From Mobula hypostoma (Eukaryota), in NCBI RefSeq assembly GCF_963921235.1, contig NC_086108.1:18662001-18726000 (forward strand): 64,000 nt of DNA, written 5' to 3'. Of the stretch, positions 47,463-60,084 are shown piece by piece. How positions within the stretch are numbered: the first letter of the stretch is position 1; every line of letters starts with the position of its first letter. A model generated the notes under the pieces. The model was not told where the DNA came from. It ran no database searches and saw only the letters and a program-made list of their open reading frames with translations. A program made the position numbers and the translations under genes.

Positions 47463-48319
47463 TATATATCCTTCCCCTCACACCCCTATCTTTTTTACTT
47501 TCACCAAACATCCTCCTGTCGAATGATATAACTCCACCTTTGGACAAGTTTTTCAGAAGCACATACAGGTATCCTTATCACAGGAGGGGCAGTGGACCAA
47601 GTGTGTGGCTCTGTTCCCAACTTTCCTTGTCTAAGAAAGGAAATGTTGGCAACATTCAGCAGGTCAGGCAGCATCTGTGCAGCAAAGCAGAGATGGCATT
47701 CCAGGTCAGTAGCCTTCTTTTGGAACAAGTAATTCTGAACATAATTTTGATTGGCTGGTATATGAAGTGGTTGAATTCAGAAGACTTATTTTGTCTCTTT
47801 TTTGGCCATCTGTGAAGGCCATCATTTTTTGCCCATCCTTAATTGCCCAAGATCTGAATGGCTTGCTAGGCCATTTTAAAATCAACCATATGATCTGGTC
47901 CTGGACTCACACATGGACCAGTCCAGGTAAACACAACAGCCTTCCTCCCATTTGTGAAGCAAATGGGTTTTTGCAGTCATCCTTTTTAAGCACTGTTTTT
48001 TCCCCACCCCCACTATATAAAGAATTAAATTCCACAGTTGCTGTGGTGAGATTTGAATTCAGTTTTCTGGATTCTGACTCCATTAATTTAACCACTGTGT
48101 CATCACTGCATTCTTATGTCCCTAAATGGAAGTTGAAATCAGGCATTTCTCAAAGTTAAACAAGTTTATTGTTAACTGTACAAGTGCATGTATGAAAAAC
48201 GTCCTTGCAGCAGTGTCACAGGCACATAGCATCAGATAACCAGCATTCAAAATTAAACATAAAATGCACACAATTTTTACAATAAAGAACACAAGCAGAA
48301 TGAAAAGAAATGCCCCAAG

Positions 48320-48580
48320 CATTTTTCCCCCTCCTCCAGCCCTTTATCTCTTTCACCATTCAACTTCCTGACTCCTTACTTCACCCCCTCCCCCTCTTCT
48401 GGTTTCACCTATCACCTGCTACCTTGTGCTTCTTCCTTCCCTCTACGCTACCTTCTTATTATGATTTCTCCCCTTCCTTTCCAGCCCTGATGAAGGGTCT
48501 CGGCCCAAAACGTCGACTGTTTACTCTTTTCCATAGATGCTGCCTGGCCTGCTGAGTTCCTCCAGCATTTTGTGTGTTGA
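48320..48580 (+). mobile_element. Penelope-like tail (hammerhead core with G12 changed to A)
   Basis: CAGCCCTGATGAAGGGTCTCGGCCCAAAACGTCGACTG at 48482-48519. Confidence 0.75.
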
Positions 48581-48756
48581 AAAAGAATTGAAATTGTAGT
48601 GCAAGGTTGTTATAATGTTCATTTATTACCCATCCTTAATTGCCCAATATCTGAATGGCTAGCTAGGCCATTTAAAAATAACCACCTGATCTGGTCTCAT
48701 ATTATAATACAAGATAAGGTCATTTTAGCTCTGTAAAATGACACCTTCAATCTTCT

Positions 48757-49873
48757 CGGATTTCCTCGTGTTTGCATTTTTAACATGCTCTCACTCCATC
48801 CTCCCGCCACCCCACTAGGAATAGGGTTCCCCTTGTCCTCACCTACCACCCCACCAGCCTTCAGGTCCAACATATAATCCTCCGTAACTTCCGCCACCTC
48901 CAACGGGATCCCACCACTAAGCACATCTTTCCCTCCCCCTCCTCTGCTTTCCGCAGGGATCGCTCCCTACGTGACTCCCTCGTCCATTCGTCTCCCTCAT
49001 CCCTCCCCACTGATCTCCCCCCGGCACTTATCCTTGTAAGCAGAACAAGTGCAATACATGCCCTTACACTTCCTCTCTTACCACCATTCAGGGCCCCAGA
49101 CAGTCCTTCCAGGTGAGGCAACACTTCACTTGTGAGTCAGCTGGGGTGATATACTGCGTCCGGTGCTCCCGATGTGGCCTTCTATATATTGGCGAGACCC
49201 GACGCAGACTGGGAGATCATTTCGCTGAACACCTACGCTCTGTCCGCCAGAGAAAGCAGGATCTCCCAGTGGCCACTCATTTTAATTCCACGTCCCATTC
49301 CCATTCTGATATGTCTATCCAAGGCCTCCTCTACTGTCAAGATGAAGCCACACTCAGGTTGGAGGAACACCTTATATTCCATCTGGGTAGCCTCCAACCT
49401 GATGGCATGAACATGACTTCTCTAACTTCTCCTAATGCCCCACCTCCCCCTCATACTCCATCCGTTATTTATTTATATACACACATTCTTTTTCTCTCTC
49501 TCCTTTTTCTCTCTCTGTCCTCCTCACTATACCCCTTGCCCATCCTCTGGGCTTTCCCCCCCCTCCCCCTTTTCTTTCTCCCTAGGCCTCCTGTCCCATG
49601 ATTCTCTTATATCCCTTTTGCCAATCAACTGTCCAGTTCTTGACTCCATCTGTCCCTCTCCTGTCTTCCCTTATCATTTTGGATCTCCCCCTCCCACTCC
49701 CACTTTCAAATCTCTTACTACCTCTTCTTTCAGTTAGTCCTGACAAAGGGTCTTAGACCGAAACGTCGACTGTACCTCTTTCTAGAGATGCTGCCTGGCC
49801 TGCTGCGTTCACCAGCAACTTTTATGTGTGTTGCTTGAAATTCCAGCATCTGCAGGTTTCCTCGTGTTTGTGT
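48757..49873 (+). mobile_element. Penelope-like insertion (linker, GIY-YIG, tail) with a 13-bp TSD
   Basis: RVPLVLTYHP, AFRRDRSLRDSLV, GVIYCVRCSRCGLLYIGETRRRL; TSD CCTTCAATCTTCT at 48744-48756 and 49874-49886. Confidence 0.93.
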
Positions 49874-51050
49874 CCTTCAATCTTCTTCCCCATCTGCTAA
49901 TTGTCCAATCACCCTGCACTAGTTTCTCTCACAAACACATCAACTTACTGTGATTACTAAGTGATTCAGGCGCTCATCTAGATCTTAAATGTTGTGAGAC
50001 AGTGTGCCCCACGTTCCAATCATTCCCTTGTTGAAGAAAGACCCTCATTGATTCCCGCTAAACATCTTGCTCCTGCCCTAAACCTAAATCCTCTAGTTGG
50101 CTGTGCTGCTACTGACAACACAGAGGGGACTTCATTTAAGCATGTAAGGTCCTGAAGGTTATAAATAGGGTGGATGTGGAAGAGATGATTCCTTGGCATA
50201 GAATCTAGAACTAAGAGTCACTATTTAAAAGATTGCCCTTTTAAGGGGAACTTGAAGAGCCTATTTAATATTCTTAAGGCTGAGGTAGATAGGTATTTGG
50301 CAAGCAATGGGATGAAGATTTACTAGGATTAGATGGAAATGCAGAGCCTAGATTACAATCAGATCAGTCCGATCCTGCTGAGTGACAGAGCAGTCCCCAG
50401 GAGCAGAATAACCTACTCCTGCTTCTAATTTGAAAGCTTGTATAAAACTCAAGATCTTACCTCTGTTATCACTCCTGGGCCACTCATTTTCAAGAAGAAG
50501 AACCCTTCTTCCTTGATAGGCTGAAGACTCAGTCCTACTGGGAGATTACTTCAATCTGTTGGATTTATGACATAAAATCTCAAGTTGGCATCTGAAATTG
50601 TGCCATTGGGAACCAAAGCAGATTTACATCTGTGTCAGAAATTCGCTACCAGAAACTATAAGACTTTGCAGAACACTGTCCTTTAAATCATTTTGGCAGT
50701 TTCTCCTTACCTTCCATTTTTTTTTGTAATAATGAGATAACCAAAATCATATACAGCACTCTAAAAATAATTAAACTCATGTAAGTTTGGCATATCTTCC
50801 CTCCTAGACTATCCTGTTACTCAAGAGCCATAACTTCAGCTCTTGGTTTGAATGACCTAACATATAATTATACCCATATAGTTTATCACTTACTGACCCA
50901 TTTGGCAGGATTTTGTGCGAGGAGCTCCACTTGCCACTTGATCTTGACTAAAAGTTCAAACCTGAGTTATGGAAAGTTTGGCCTGGCTTTTTTTTAAATA
51001 TTCATCCAATGAATGTAGGCTTTACAGGCTGGATGGCATTTAATTTCCCA

Positions 51051-52246
51051 TGAAGCTGGGGTCACCTATTGTGTCCAATTCTCCCGATGAGGCCTTCTCT
51101 ACACTGGTGAGTTCCAGCATAATTTGGGGAATGCTTTGTCGAGCACCTTTGCACCATTTAGTCATAGTCATAGTCATACTTTATTAACCCCGAGGGAAAC
51201 TGGGTTTCGTTACAGTTGCACCAACCAAGAATAGAGTTTAAATATAGCAATATAAAACCATCAATAATTAAATAATAATATGTAAATTATGCCAGATGGA
51301 AATAAGCCTATTGGCTCAGGGTGTCTGACCCTCCAAGGGAGGAGTTGTAAAGTTTGATGGCCACAGGCAAGAATGACTTCCTATGACGCTCAGTGTAGCA
51401 TATCGGTGGAATGAGTCTCTGGCTGAATATACTCCTGTGCCCAACCAGTACATTATGTAGTGGATGGGAGACATTGTCCAAGATGGCATGCAACTTAGAC
51501 AGCATCCTCTTTTCAGACACCACCGTCACAGAGTCCAGTTCCATCCCCACAACGTCACTGGCCTTACGAATGAGTTTGTTGATTCTGTTGATGTCCGCTA
51601 CCCTCAGCCTGCTGCCCCAGCACACAACAGCAAACATGATAGCATTGGCCACCACAGACTCGTAGAACATCCTCAGCATCGTCCAACAGATGTTAAAGGA
51701 CCTCAGTCTCCTCAGGAGATAGAGATAGCTCTGACCCTTCTTGTAGACAGCCTCAGTGTTCACCACAAGCAGGACTTCCCAGGGGCCAAACATTTTAATT
51801 CCGATTCCTATTCCCATTCTGATACATCGGTCTATGTGCCATGATGACGCCACCCTAAGGGTGGAGGAGCAACACTTCATATTCTATTAGGGTAGCCCCC
51901 AACCTGATGGCATGAAAATCAATTTCTCCTCCCTCCCCACTTTCTTTATTCTCTGCTGTGGCCTCTTGCCACTTCTCATCTGCCTATCACCTCCCCCTGG
52001 GTCCCCTCCTCCCTCCCTTTCTCCTATGGTCCACTCTCCTCTCCTTCAGATTCCTTTATCTCAAGCCCTTGACCTTTCCCACCCACCTGGCTTCACCTAT
52101 CACCTTCCAACTATCCTCCTTCCTCTCCACCCACCTTTTTATTCTTCCCCCCTTCTTCTCAGTCCTGAAGAAATGTCTTGGCCGGAAACATCATTTCCAC
52201 AGATGTTGTCTGACCTGCTGAGTTCCTTCAGCATTTTGTAAGTTCC
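51051..52246 (+). mobile_element. Penelope-like insertion with a 12-bp TSD, interrupted by a Rex1-like LINE
   Basis: TSD TTTAATTTCCCA at 51039-51050 and 52247-52258; GIY-YIG remnants on both sides of the nested insert. Confidence 0.85.
51158..51758 (-). mobile_element. Rex1/Babar-like LINE 3' end
   Basis: NTEAVYKKGQS.LY.LRRLRSFN...FYESVV...VVCWG...HPLH...RHRKSFLPVAIKLYN; AATAAA then a (TATGAC)n tail. Confidence 0.85.
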
Positions 52247-52569
52247 TTTAATTTCCCACACCTAGTTGTCTTTGAGAAAATGGTAGTGAGCTGCTTTCAT
52301 GAACCACTGCAGTCCTAGAGGTGTGGGCACACCCACAAAGCTGGGATATAATGTGGCCGTGAATTGGAAACTGCTAGATTGTGAGAACCATTTTCAAAGA
52401 GAGGATGCAAGGACTGATGTTCTCATGAAAAGAATAGCACCCAGTTCCAGTCCCCACAGAGGCCTAGGAGCAGCATATATAGCAAAAAGTCCAGGTTTTT
52501 GCAGAAGGTGAGGGCTCAAATCTTCAGAAAGCCTGGAGGGTAAGAGGAAGAGAGAGCTGAGGAGAGTCA

Positions 52570-53347
52570 ATGGCGCCTAAAAGCGACTCTTTTGCTTACA
52601 TCTATCTTTAATATCTCTATTTTTTCCATTTCAGGGTTCTTTTGAATGGCCTGACCTGGAGTTACATGCTAACTGTGGTTCTTTGTGGGAATGGGACCTG
52701 CTCTAGGGGTTTCATGACTGGCCGTTATTCGACATGCCAAGGGCACAGCCTAAGAGCTTCACTCACCTTCGGGGGTCTGAGATTTTATAGCTCTGGAGAT
52801 GGACAGACCGAAGGTCGGTGTCAAGGCAGATGGGTGTGTTGTGGAAGTTGAAAGATCCTTGGCTATGTGCCCAGAGACCTGAGATCTTTAGGCACAGAGC
52901 TCGGAAAAAACGACGCAATGGACTTTTAACATCGTAAACCAGCGAGTTGTTTGTTATGTCTCCCATCTCACTGTGAAACTGAGACATCTCTTTTTCTCTT
53001 ATCAGGGAGAGAGAGAACCTGTGGTATGTCGAACACTGGGTGAACGAGTAGTCTTTAGGGTACTGAAAGTCTGTGTCTTTGCTGTTGCTTTGCTGCATGC
53101 TGGAGTGTTCGGTGGTGGGTGCTGATGCTTTTTTGCTGGTGGGAAAGGGGGGATCGGGGCTTGCTGCTGCTTTCACGCAGGAGGGAGGGGAGCTGGGTTG
53201 GGGGATTTTGAGGTTCTAACATTTAACTGTCATTCATTCTTTGGGGCACTCGTCTGTTTTCGTGGATGGTTGCAAAGAAAAAGCATTTCAAGGTGTATAT
53301 TATATACATTTCTCTGACATTAAATGTACCTTTGAAACCTTTGAAAT
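52570..53347 (+). repeat. Unclassified interspersed repeat (SINE-like)
   Basis: Starts ATGGCGCC; ends ATTAAA plus a tandem ACCTTTGAA tail. Confidence 0.45.
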
Positions 53348-53734
53348 AAGGAAGAAAGTAAGGAAGTCACACATAATCTAATCTTATACTTAAATCATTG
53401 CTGCAGGGGCCATTCAGCCCATCTGATCAATCCTGTTTCTGAGCAACCAGTTAGCCTTTGGACTGTGGGATGAAACCAGACCAGCTGGAGAAACCCCCAC
53501 CTGGTCAAAAGAAGTCACAGTCTACCAAGAAAGCCAGTCACCCCCTCCTTGGAGATGGAGTGGAGCCCACAGTCAGATCAAATATGATCTCACTGAATGG
53601 CAGAGTAGACTTGATGGGCCAGATGACCTACTCCTGCTCTGATGACATATGTTCTTTTTTCCTTATATATGGAACAATCTGCCAGGATAATATGCAATTA
53701 TATTGACAACAATAAACCAATACCATTTGCTCAT

Positions 53735-54648
53735 TATGGAATTAATGTCTTTGTGGCCAAGTGCGCAGACAACCTGAAGATAGGTGGAGGTTCAGGTACT
53801 GTTGTGGAAGCAGGGAGACTGCAGGAGGACTTGGACAGATGTGGGGAATTGGTAAAGAAATGGCAGGTGGTATAAGTGGCAGTTGTATATGGTCATACAC
53901 TCTGGTAAAAGGACTAAAGGCATAGACTATTTTCTAAATGGGGAAAAAACTCAGAAATCAGAAGAGCAGAGGAACTTGGTAGTCCTTGTGTAGGATTCGC
54001 ACAACTTGCAGGTTGAGTCAGTGATAAGGAAGGCAAATGGAACGTTAGCATTCATTTCAAGAAGGCTAGGGTATAAAAGCAAGGATGTAATGCTGGGGCT
54101 TCATAAGGCATTGGTCAGAACAGACTTGGAATATGGTGAGCAGTTTTGGCCACTTATTTAAGAAAGGATGTGCTGCCATTGAAGAGGGTCTTTAGAAGAT
54201 TCATGAAAATGATCCCGGGACTAAAGGGTTAACATATGAGGAGCGTTTGGTGGCCCTGGGCCTATATTTGCTCCAGTTTAGAAGGATGGGAGGGATCTTA
54301 TCGAATATTGAAAGGCCAAGATAGAGTGAATATGAAGAGGATGTTTCCTATAGTGGAGGAATCTAAGACTAGGGGACATCCCTTTAGAACAGAGATAAGG
54401 AACTAATTCTTTAGCCAGAAGGTTGTGAATTTGCAATATTCATTGTCACAGATGGCTGTGGAGGCCAAGTCATTAGGTATATTTAAAACAGAGGTTGATA
54501 GGTTCTTGATTAGTAAGAGTGTCGAAGGCTATGAGGAGAAGGCAGGAGAATGGGTTTGAGGGAGATAATAAATCAGCTATGATAGAATGATGGAGCAGAT
54601 CCGATGGGTTGAATGGCCTAATTCTGCTCCTATGTCTTATGATCTTAT
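53735..54648 (+). mobile_element. Degenerate CR1 3' third
   Basis: VAKCADNLKIGG, LQEDLDR, KKWQ; TCTTATGA tail. Confidence 0.85.
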
Positions 54649-55720
54649 CCATTAGCCCCCTTATCTCTTGGTATCCCTGAACCTTATTCTCTCATACTGT
54701 GCTTATTGCCTTTCTTTTTAAGGTTTTTCTTCCACCGATAAGGAAGTTTAGTCATTTACAGTAGCCAATCAACCAACTCGCTCATCTTTGGGATGTGCTT
54801 GAAAATCAGAGCAGCCAGGCAAAATAATCATAAGGTCACTAAGAAAAACTGCAGTCTCTATGCAGACAGCTGCTGAAGTCCCTGGACCTGTCAGACACTT
54901 GCATTAACTTCTGAACTACTTAGTGTGTCTAACAGTTTCTCAGTTCTGCTGTGAACTTCGCATGCTTTCCTTTAACAGGATCTGCAACACCAGCTGTTCA
55001 TTTGTTCCATTGTCAAATGGCTCTTGGTCCCTGGTGGTTCAGAGATGTGACCTCCCTGTCCATGGGCACCTGAAGAACTGGTGATCACTGCTCAATAGAG
55101 TAAACATTGGAAAGCTGGACACTGCTTTGATTGTAGGACCTCAGGAAGTCTGTCTGCCCTCAGGTTGCAGTTATGTCGTCTCAGCAGTAGATGGTGCTGT
55201 TACTGTATCATGGTTAACAGGGTTTGGCTTATTCAACAGGGTGAATTGAAAAGAGACTGGAAGCAGGAATTCAAGAACGCTGAAGGAGCTCATTAAGAGA
55301 ATCTGGTGTTCCTATGTAACCTAGTTCTGCGTGTCTCCTTTGCCATTCCTTCTCCAAATGCATTGAAGTTCTTTACAGGATGACCTTCACCAAGTGTTTT
55401 TCAGATGCACCACAGAAAGTATCCTATCCAGATGCATCACAGCTTAGTCTGCAACTGCTCTGCCCAAGACTGGAAGACATTGCAGAGAGTTTGAACACAG
55501 CCCAGTCCATCATGGAAAGCAGCCTCCCTTCATTGACATACACTTGTCTCTGGCAAGCAGCCAACTTAATCAAGAACCCATCCCACCCAGTCGTTCTCTC
55601 TTCTAACCCCTCCCTCTGAGCAGAAGATACAAAAACTTGAGAACATGTACAGTAGTTCCAGCCTCAAGGACAGATTCCATCTTACTATTGTAAGATTATT
55701 GAACAGATTTCTCATACGAT

Positions 55721-58700
55721 ATTTTTGTTCGTGCTCATAGGACTAGTTGCTTCAATCCCTTTGATAAACAGGTCCTAACTCGGGTCATAGCATAGAGATC
55801 TTGAGGTGGGGCTCGGTGGCTGGCAGATGCTTCCCAGGGGTCATTAGGTGGGCACCCCTCTTCTTAGATATTTTGTCAATTTAAGCCCACTATATCTCCA
55901 GAGGGCTCAATAATGCGACCCGGCATCCCAGATGCACCCCCCTTCACATCTGGCCATCCATGGGTCATTTTAGGGCCCAGCTGCTGTCACTCCTCTTCAG
56001 GCATAACCAGTGGCTGCTTCGCTCGGCTACCTCCGAGAGTTCTTTTATAGCATGTTGTTGGCCCTGGCCTCAGACTCCCAATCCCTTCAGCAATCTGACC
56101 ATGGAAGTAGCCACAAATCCTCTGCAGCCAACCTTCCCTGGGAAAATCTGCACCTTCCATCCACACTCTTTAGCATCTCTTCAGCGTATCTTAGATGTTT
56201 CCACTCATACACCTCACAGACTGTATCTTCCCAGGGCACTGTGAGCTGTGAGATTACTACAGCCTTCAGACTGTTGGACCACAAGACCAAGTCTCGTCTG
56301 AGGGTGGCAGTGGCTATTTCCAGGGAAAATATTGGTATTTTGTCAAGGTTGATAGCCATGTTCCAGTCACAGACAGTCTCTAGTATGCCTGACACCAACC
56401 GTGTCACTGAGGGTGGCGCTGTCTGTCTTTGCCGGATAAAGGGTTTAGCGATTCTTATAGTCATATGGGGTTTAGAGTTGTTATTCAGCCTTTGCTTCTC
56501 CACACTGGATGTCAAATATCCAAGGACCTGGCTGTGTCTCCATGTGCATCTTCCTTGAGTGAGACTTACTTTGCAAGATGAGAGGAGGTGCTTGAGATTT
56601 GCGGTTCTTCCACAAAATGGCAAGCTGGGTCTTCACTGAGCCAGTGGTTCAGATTTTAGGGAGTTGGGAGAACATCATAAACAGTCCTTATAAGGAAGCT
56701 AATCTCTCTTCCTTCCTTTTCCCATAAGTCTTTCCAGCTGAATTTTCTTTTCTCAATGTTTTCCCACCTTGTGCACTGTCCCCGTTTTGCCTGAGACACT
56801 GCTCTTGCACATCTCATCTGCTCCTCCTGTCACGGTACTTCCTCTACCACCATAACTCACCTTTTCTTTTGTGTTGTCACCATTTGTCAAATAGACCTAT
56901 TTGAGCTTGTGCCAAGGCCCCCTCTTCCAGATTGCACCTGGCCCACCATGTCTGCAAATCTGAGTGCCTGTTTTACTAACTCAGCTGGACACTACTTTCT
57001 CCCTGTTGAGGTCCTAGGTGCAGTATCCTGGACAACACTGTCACGAGATTCTGAGAGAGTCATCTTAATGCTCACCTTGGCACACTAGAACTCTTCAGTC
57101 AGCCCTGTAACAGGCAACTCCTGTTAATTTGCCATATAGGTAGACGTTACTTGGCGACTTGTCAGGTCCATCCACTTCTTAATGAAGGAACTAAATGTCC
57201 TCTCCAGCATTTCAACAGGAGTGATGGACTTCATATAGAGTCAGTGACCACAACACCAAGGGAGCAATCCAAACTGAAGCCACCAGAGCTTGAGGTTTCC
57301 CAGCAGCAAGGTCTTATTAATGTCTTTAAGCCCTTTCTTTTCTCAGCAATTTCACTTGATTTGTATTACTGAGATTGATGTCGTATCAACGCCCCAAGCT
57401 TTAACTGGTATTTCTGACACAGTAGGAATTACGTTCCCATCCACATGGAACTTATAGTTGACTAGCCTTCCCTTGACTTTCGAAATGATCCTAGACTTCT
57501 TTGTTTTAATTGTCATTTGGGCCAATTTGATGTTTGAATGGAGCTTCTCAAACAACTGTTTGATACATGAGATGGTAGTTGTCAGGATGGTTAAATCATC
57601 CATAAATGCCCAGATTGGTGGCAGGTATAGACCTGACCAGTTGTTCTTCTCCTATTACCCATTTAGAAGCTCTAATGATTGTCTCCATTGCCATGGTAGA
57701 GGCCAGCATAGAGATGGTACAACCTGTCATTATGCTATCTCCACAGGCTGCCAGGCTGTGATGTACTCTGTGGTTATCAGTGAGAACTGGAGATCTCAAA
57801 AGTAGGCTTTGACCAGGGTTGTAACACGTTCTGGTACACGGAAGAATTCTAATGAAGACCACAGGAGGTTATGTGAGACTGACCTAAAGGCATTGACTAG
57901 ATCCAAGAACAAGACATGGAGGTCATTCTTTCCCTTTTAGCAGTTTGTATCTGATGCCAAATTACAAGCAGCCAGAGAAACCCAGTATCCCTGCCTTCTG
58001 CACATGCGTCGATGAAGTTGTTTTCCTCCAGATAAGTAAACAACCTTTGTGCTATGACACTGAAAAATATTTTCCCTTCAACATTTAATAGATTTATTTG
58101 CTGTAACTGTCCAATTTCCAAGGAATCTTTTCCTTTAGGAAGTAAAATTCCTCCTGTCCGCAACCAAGCTCTAGGAATAAATTTATTCTTCCAGACCACC
58201 TTCATCTGTTTCCATAAGAAGTCCAGGACTCTTGGTACATTTTTTGTAGAGTTTATACGGAACTCCATTTGACTCTGGTACTGAAACAGCCCTTGTCCAC
58301 TCTACTGCTTTTATTATCTCACTAAATCTGGGGTGACTGATGTCAAACTGATGATGTAGAGGGAGGATGGCTGGCATATCTGAAGGTGTTGAGATGTGTT
58401 CAGCTCTCTGGCTGTCTGAGTATGTCAGCTTCAGATGATTTTCCAACTCTTCCTTTGACATCTTAGCAATTCCATTCTTTTGCTTTATGGAAAATCTTTT
58501 CACAGACCTATAGGGGTCCTTATAGAATCTTGTCTGAGTGTGTTCTTTATTCCTTCTTCAAAGCCTGAGGTTTTCTGCCCTCTTTAGAGTCAACAGTCAT
58601 GTCTTTAGTTCTGCCTGCAGGATGGTGATTCCTTCTCTTTCCTCTCTTAGACTCATGGTTTTCGCACTTTACCAATTACGAATGATCTATTCTATCATCC

Positions 58701-58995
58701 ATCTCTGCCAGACTCCATCTCTCCAGTGTTCCACAGTCAGAGGCCACTTACCAAAGCCATCACTAAGCATCCCATGTGATTGCCGCAATGGTGCACTATT
58801 CCAAACCAATTCTTACATTTGGGTGGGACCACATTGGCTGCAACAATCCAGACCCATCCTGTGGTAGCTGAAGGACTGCAAACACTTTCTTCTCTTTCTG
58901 CTCCAATTCCACTATCTCTGGTTGCACAAAGGACTCACCCTTGGTCACTCCCTGTTTCTCATTGAGACTCTACCCATTCCTGCCCCAGAAGTACA
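55721..58995 (-). mobile_element. R2-superfamily (Hero-like) non-LTR retrotransposon, RT + restriction-like endonuclease, decayed and 5'-truncated
   Basis: DPYRSVK, NGVPYKLYKKC, INLLNVEGKIFF, GCTISMLA, WAFMDDLT (RT); CPFC..NLKHLLSSC, QGRCTWRH, LRRDLVLWS..QLTVPWE..K.LRY (CCHC + RLE). Confidence 0.88.
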
Positions 58996-59009
58996 GTGTC
59001 AGTGTCAGC

Positions 59010-59600
59010 GTGTACAAGTATGTGAGGAGCTGTGTGAGAAAAGGACCAACCAGGAGCAATAGTGGAAACATGCATGGAGTTGGAGGAGGTAGTGGAGGTA
59101 CTTAATAAATACTTCGCTTCAGTATTCACCAGGGAAAAGGGATCTTGGCAATTGACTGAAACGCTTGAGCGTATAGACATTAAGAAAGAGGATGTGCTAG
59201 AGTTTTTGGAAGGTATTAAGTCACATAAGATGCTGAGACCAGACAAAATATACCCCAGGCTACTGTGGGAAGCTTCTGCTGAGCCTCTGGCAATGCTCTT
59301 TGCATCATTATTAGAGCCATGAGAAGTACCAGAGGATTGGGAGGTTGCAAATGTTGTCCCCTTGTTCATAAAAGGGAGTATAGCTAACCCTGGAAATTAT
59401 ACGCCAGTGCATCTTACTTCAGTGGTGGGCAAGTTGTTGGAGAAGATCCTGAGATGCAGGATTTATGAGGATTTGGAGAGACGTAGTTTGATTAGAGATA
59501 GTCAGCATGGCTTTGTCAAGGGCAGGTTGTGCCTTACGAACCTGATTGAACTCTTTGAGGATGTAACAAAACACATTGATGAAGGTAGAGCAGTAGATAT
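59010..59600 (+). mobile_element. CR1 family B RT N-terminal fragment, target of the Gypsy insertion
   Basis: LNKYFASVFT, PGNY.PV.LTSVVGK, SQHGFVKG, DEGRAVD; breaks at 59600. Confidence 0.88.
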
Positions 59601-60066
59601 TGTTGCAACAAATGAGGCGGACCCAAGTGCAGGACACAGGCACTGAGATTTAGTTAGGGTGCAAATGTGAATGGCAAACAAGAGGGAGAGCAAGAAGGCA
59701 GGAGGCAGGCAGAATTATCTTGACATGGAGTGTAGAAAGGGAAATGGCAGACAAAACGCTTCTTAACACGGAGAGACAGAGTTACGCAGGCAAACCTCGG
59801 TGCTGAAGTAAAACTTGAGAAGACTTATCTTGACACAGAGAGGCTGGGTTTCAAAGATAAGCCTCAGAACAGGAGTAGAACTTAGAAAACTGATCTTGAT
59901 ACGAAAAGATTGAGTTTCACAGGTAATTCTCAGTACTGGAGCAAAACTTAGAACACACAGTCCTAAGCAGCTGGGAAACGTTCATTACCACACAGGCAAA
60001 ACCAACGATCTGGCAACTAGTGGTTGTAAAGCTGGGGTTCTTATGCTGCAGGTCAGAACCTTGACA
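59601..60066 (-). repeat. 3' LTR (466 bp) with adjacent polypurine tract at ~60070-60085
   Basis: Minus strand GAGGGGGGGCGGTGGGTAT, then TGTCAAGG...TTGCAACA (TG...CA). Confidence 0.88.
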
Positions 60067-60084
60067 ATACCCACCGCCCCCCCT

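Noticed and set aside
51308..51880. 190-aa ORF as a cellular gene
   Set aside because: Rex1-like LINE C-terminus fused to antisense Penelope sequence at an insertion junction
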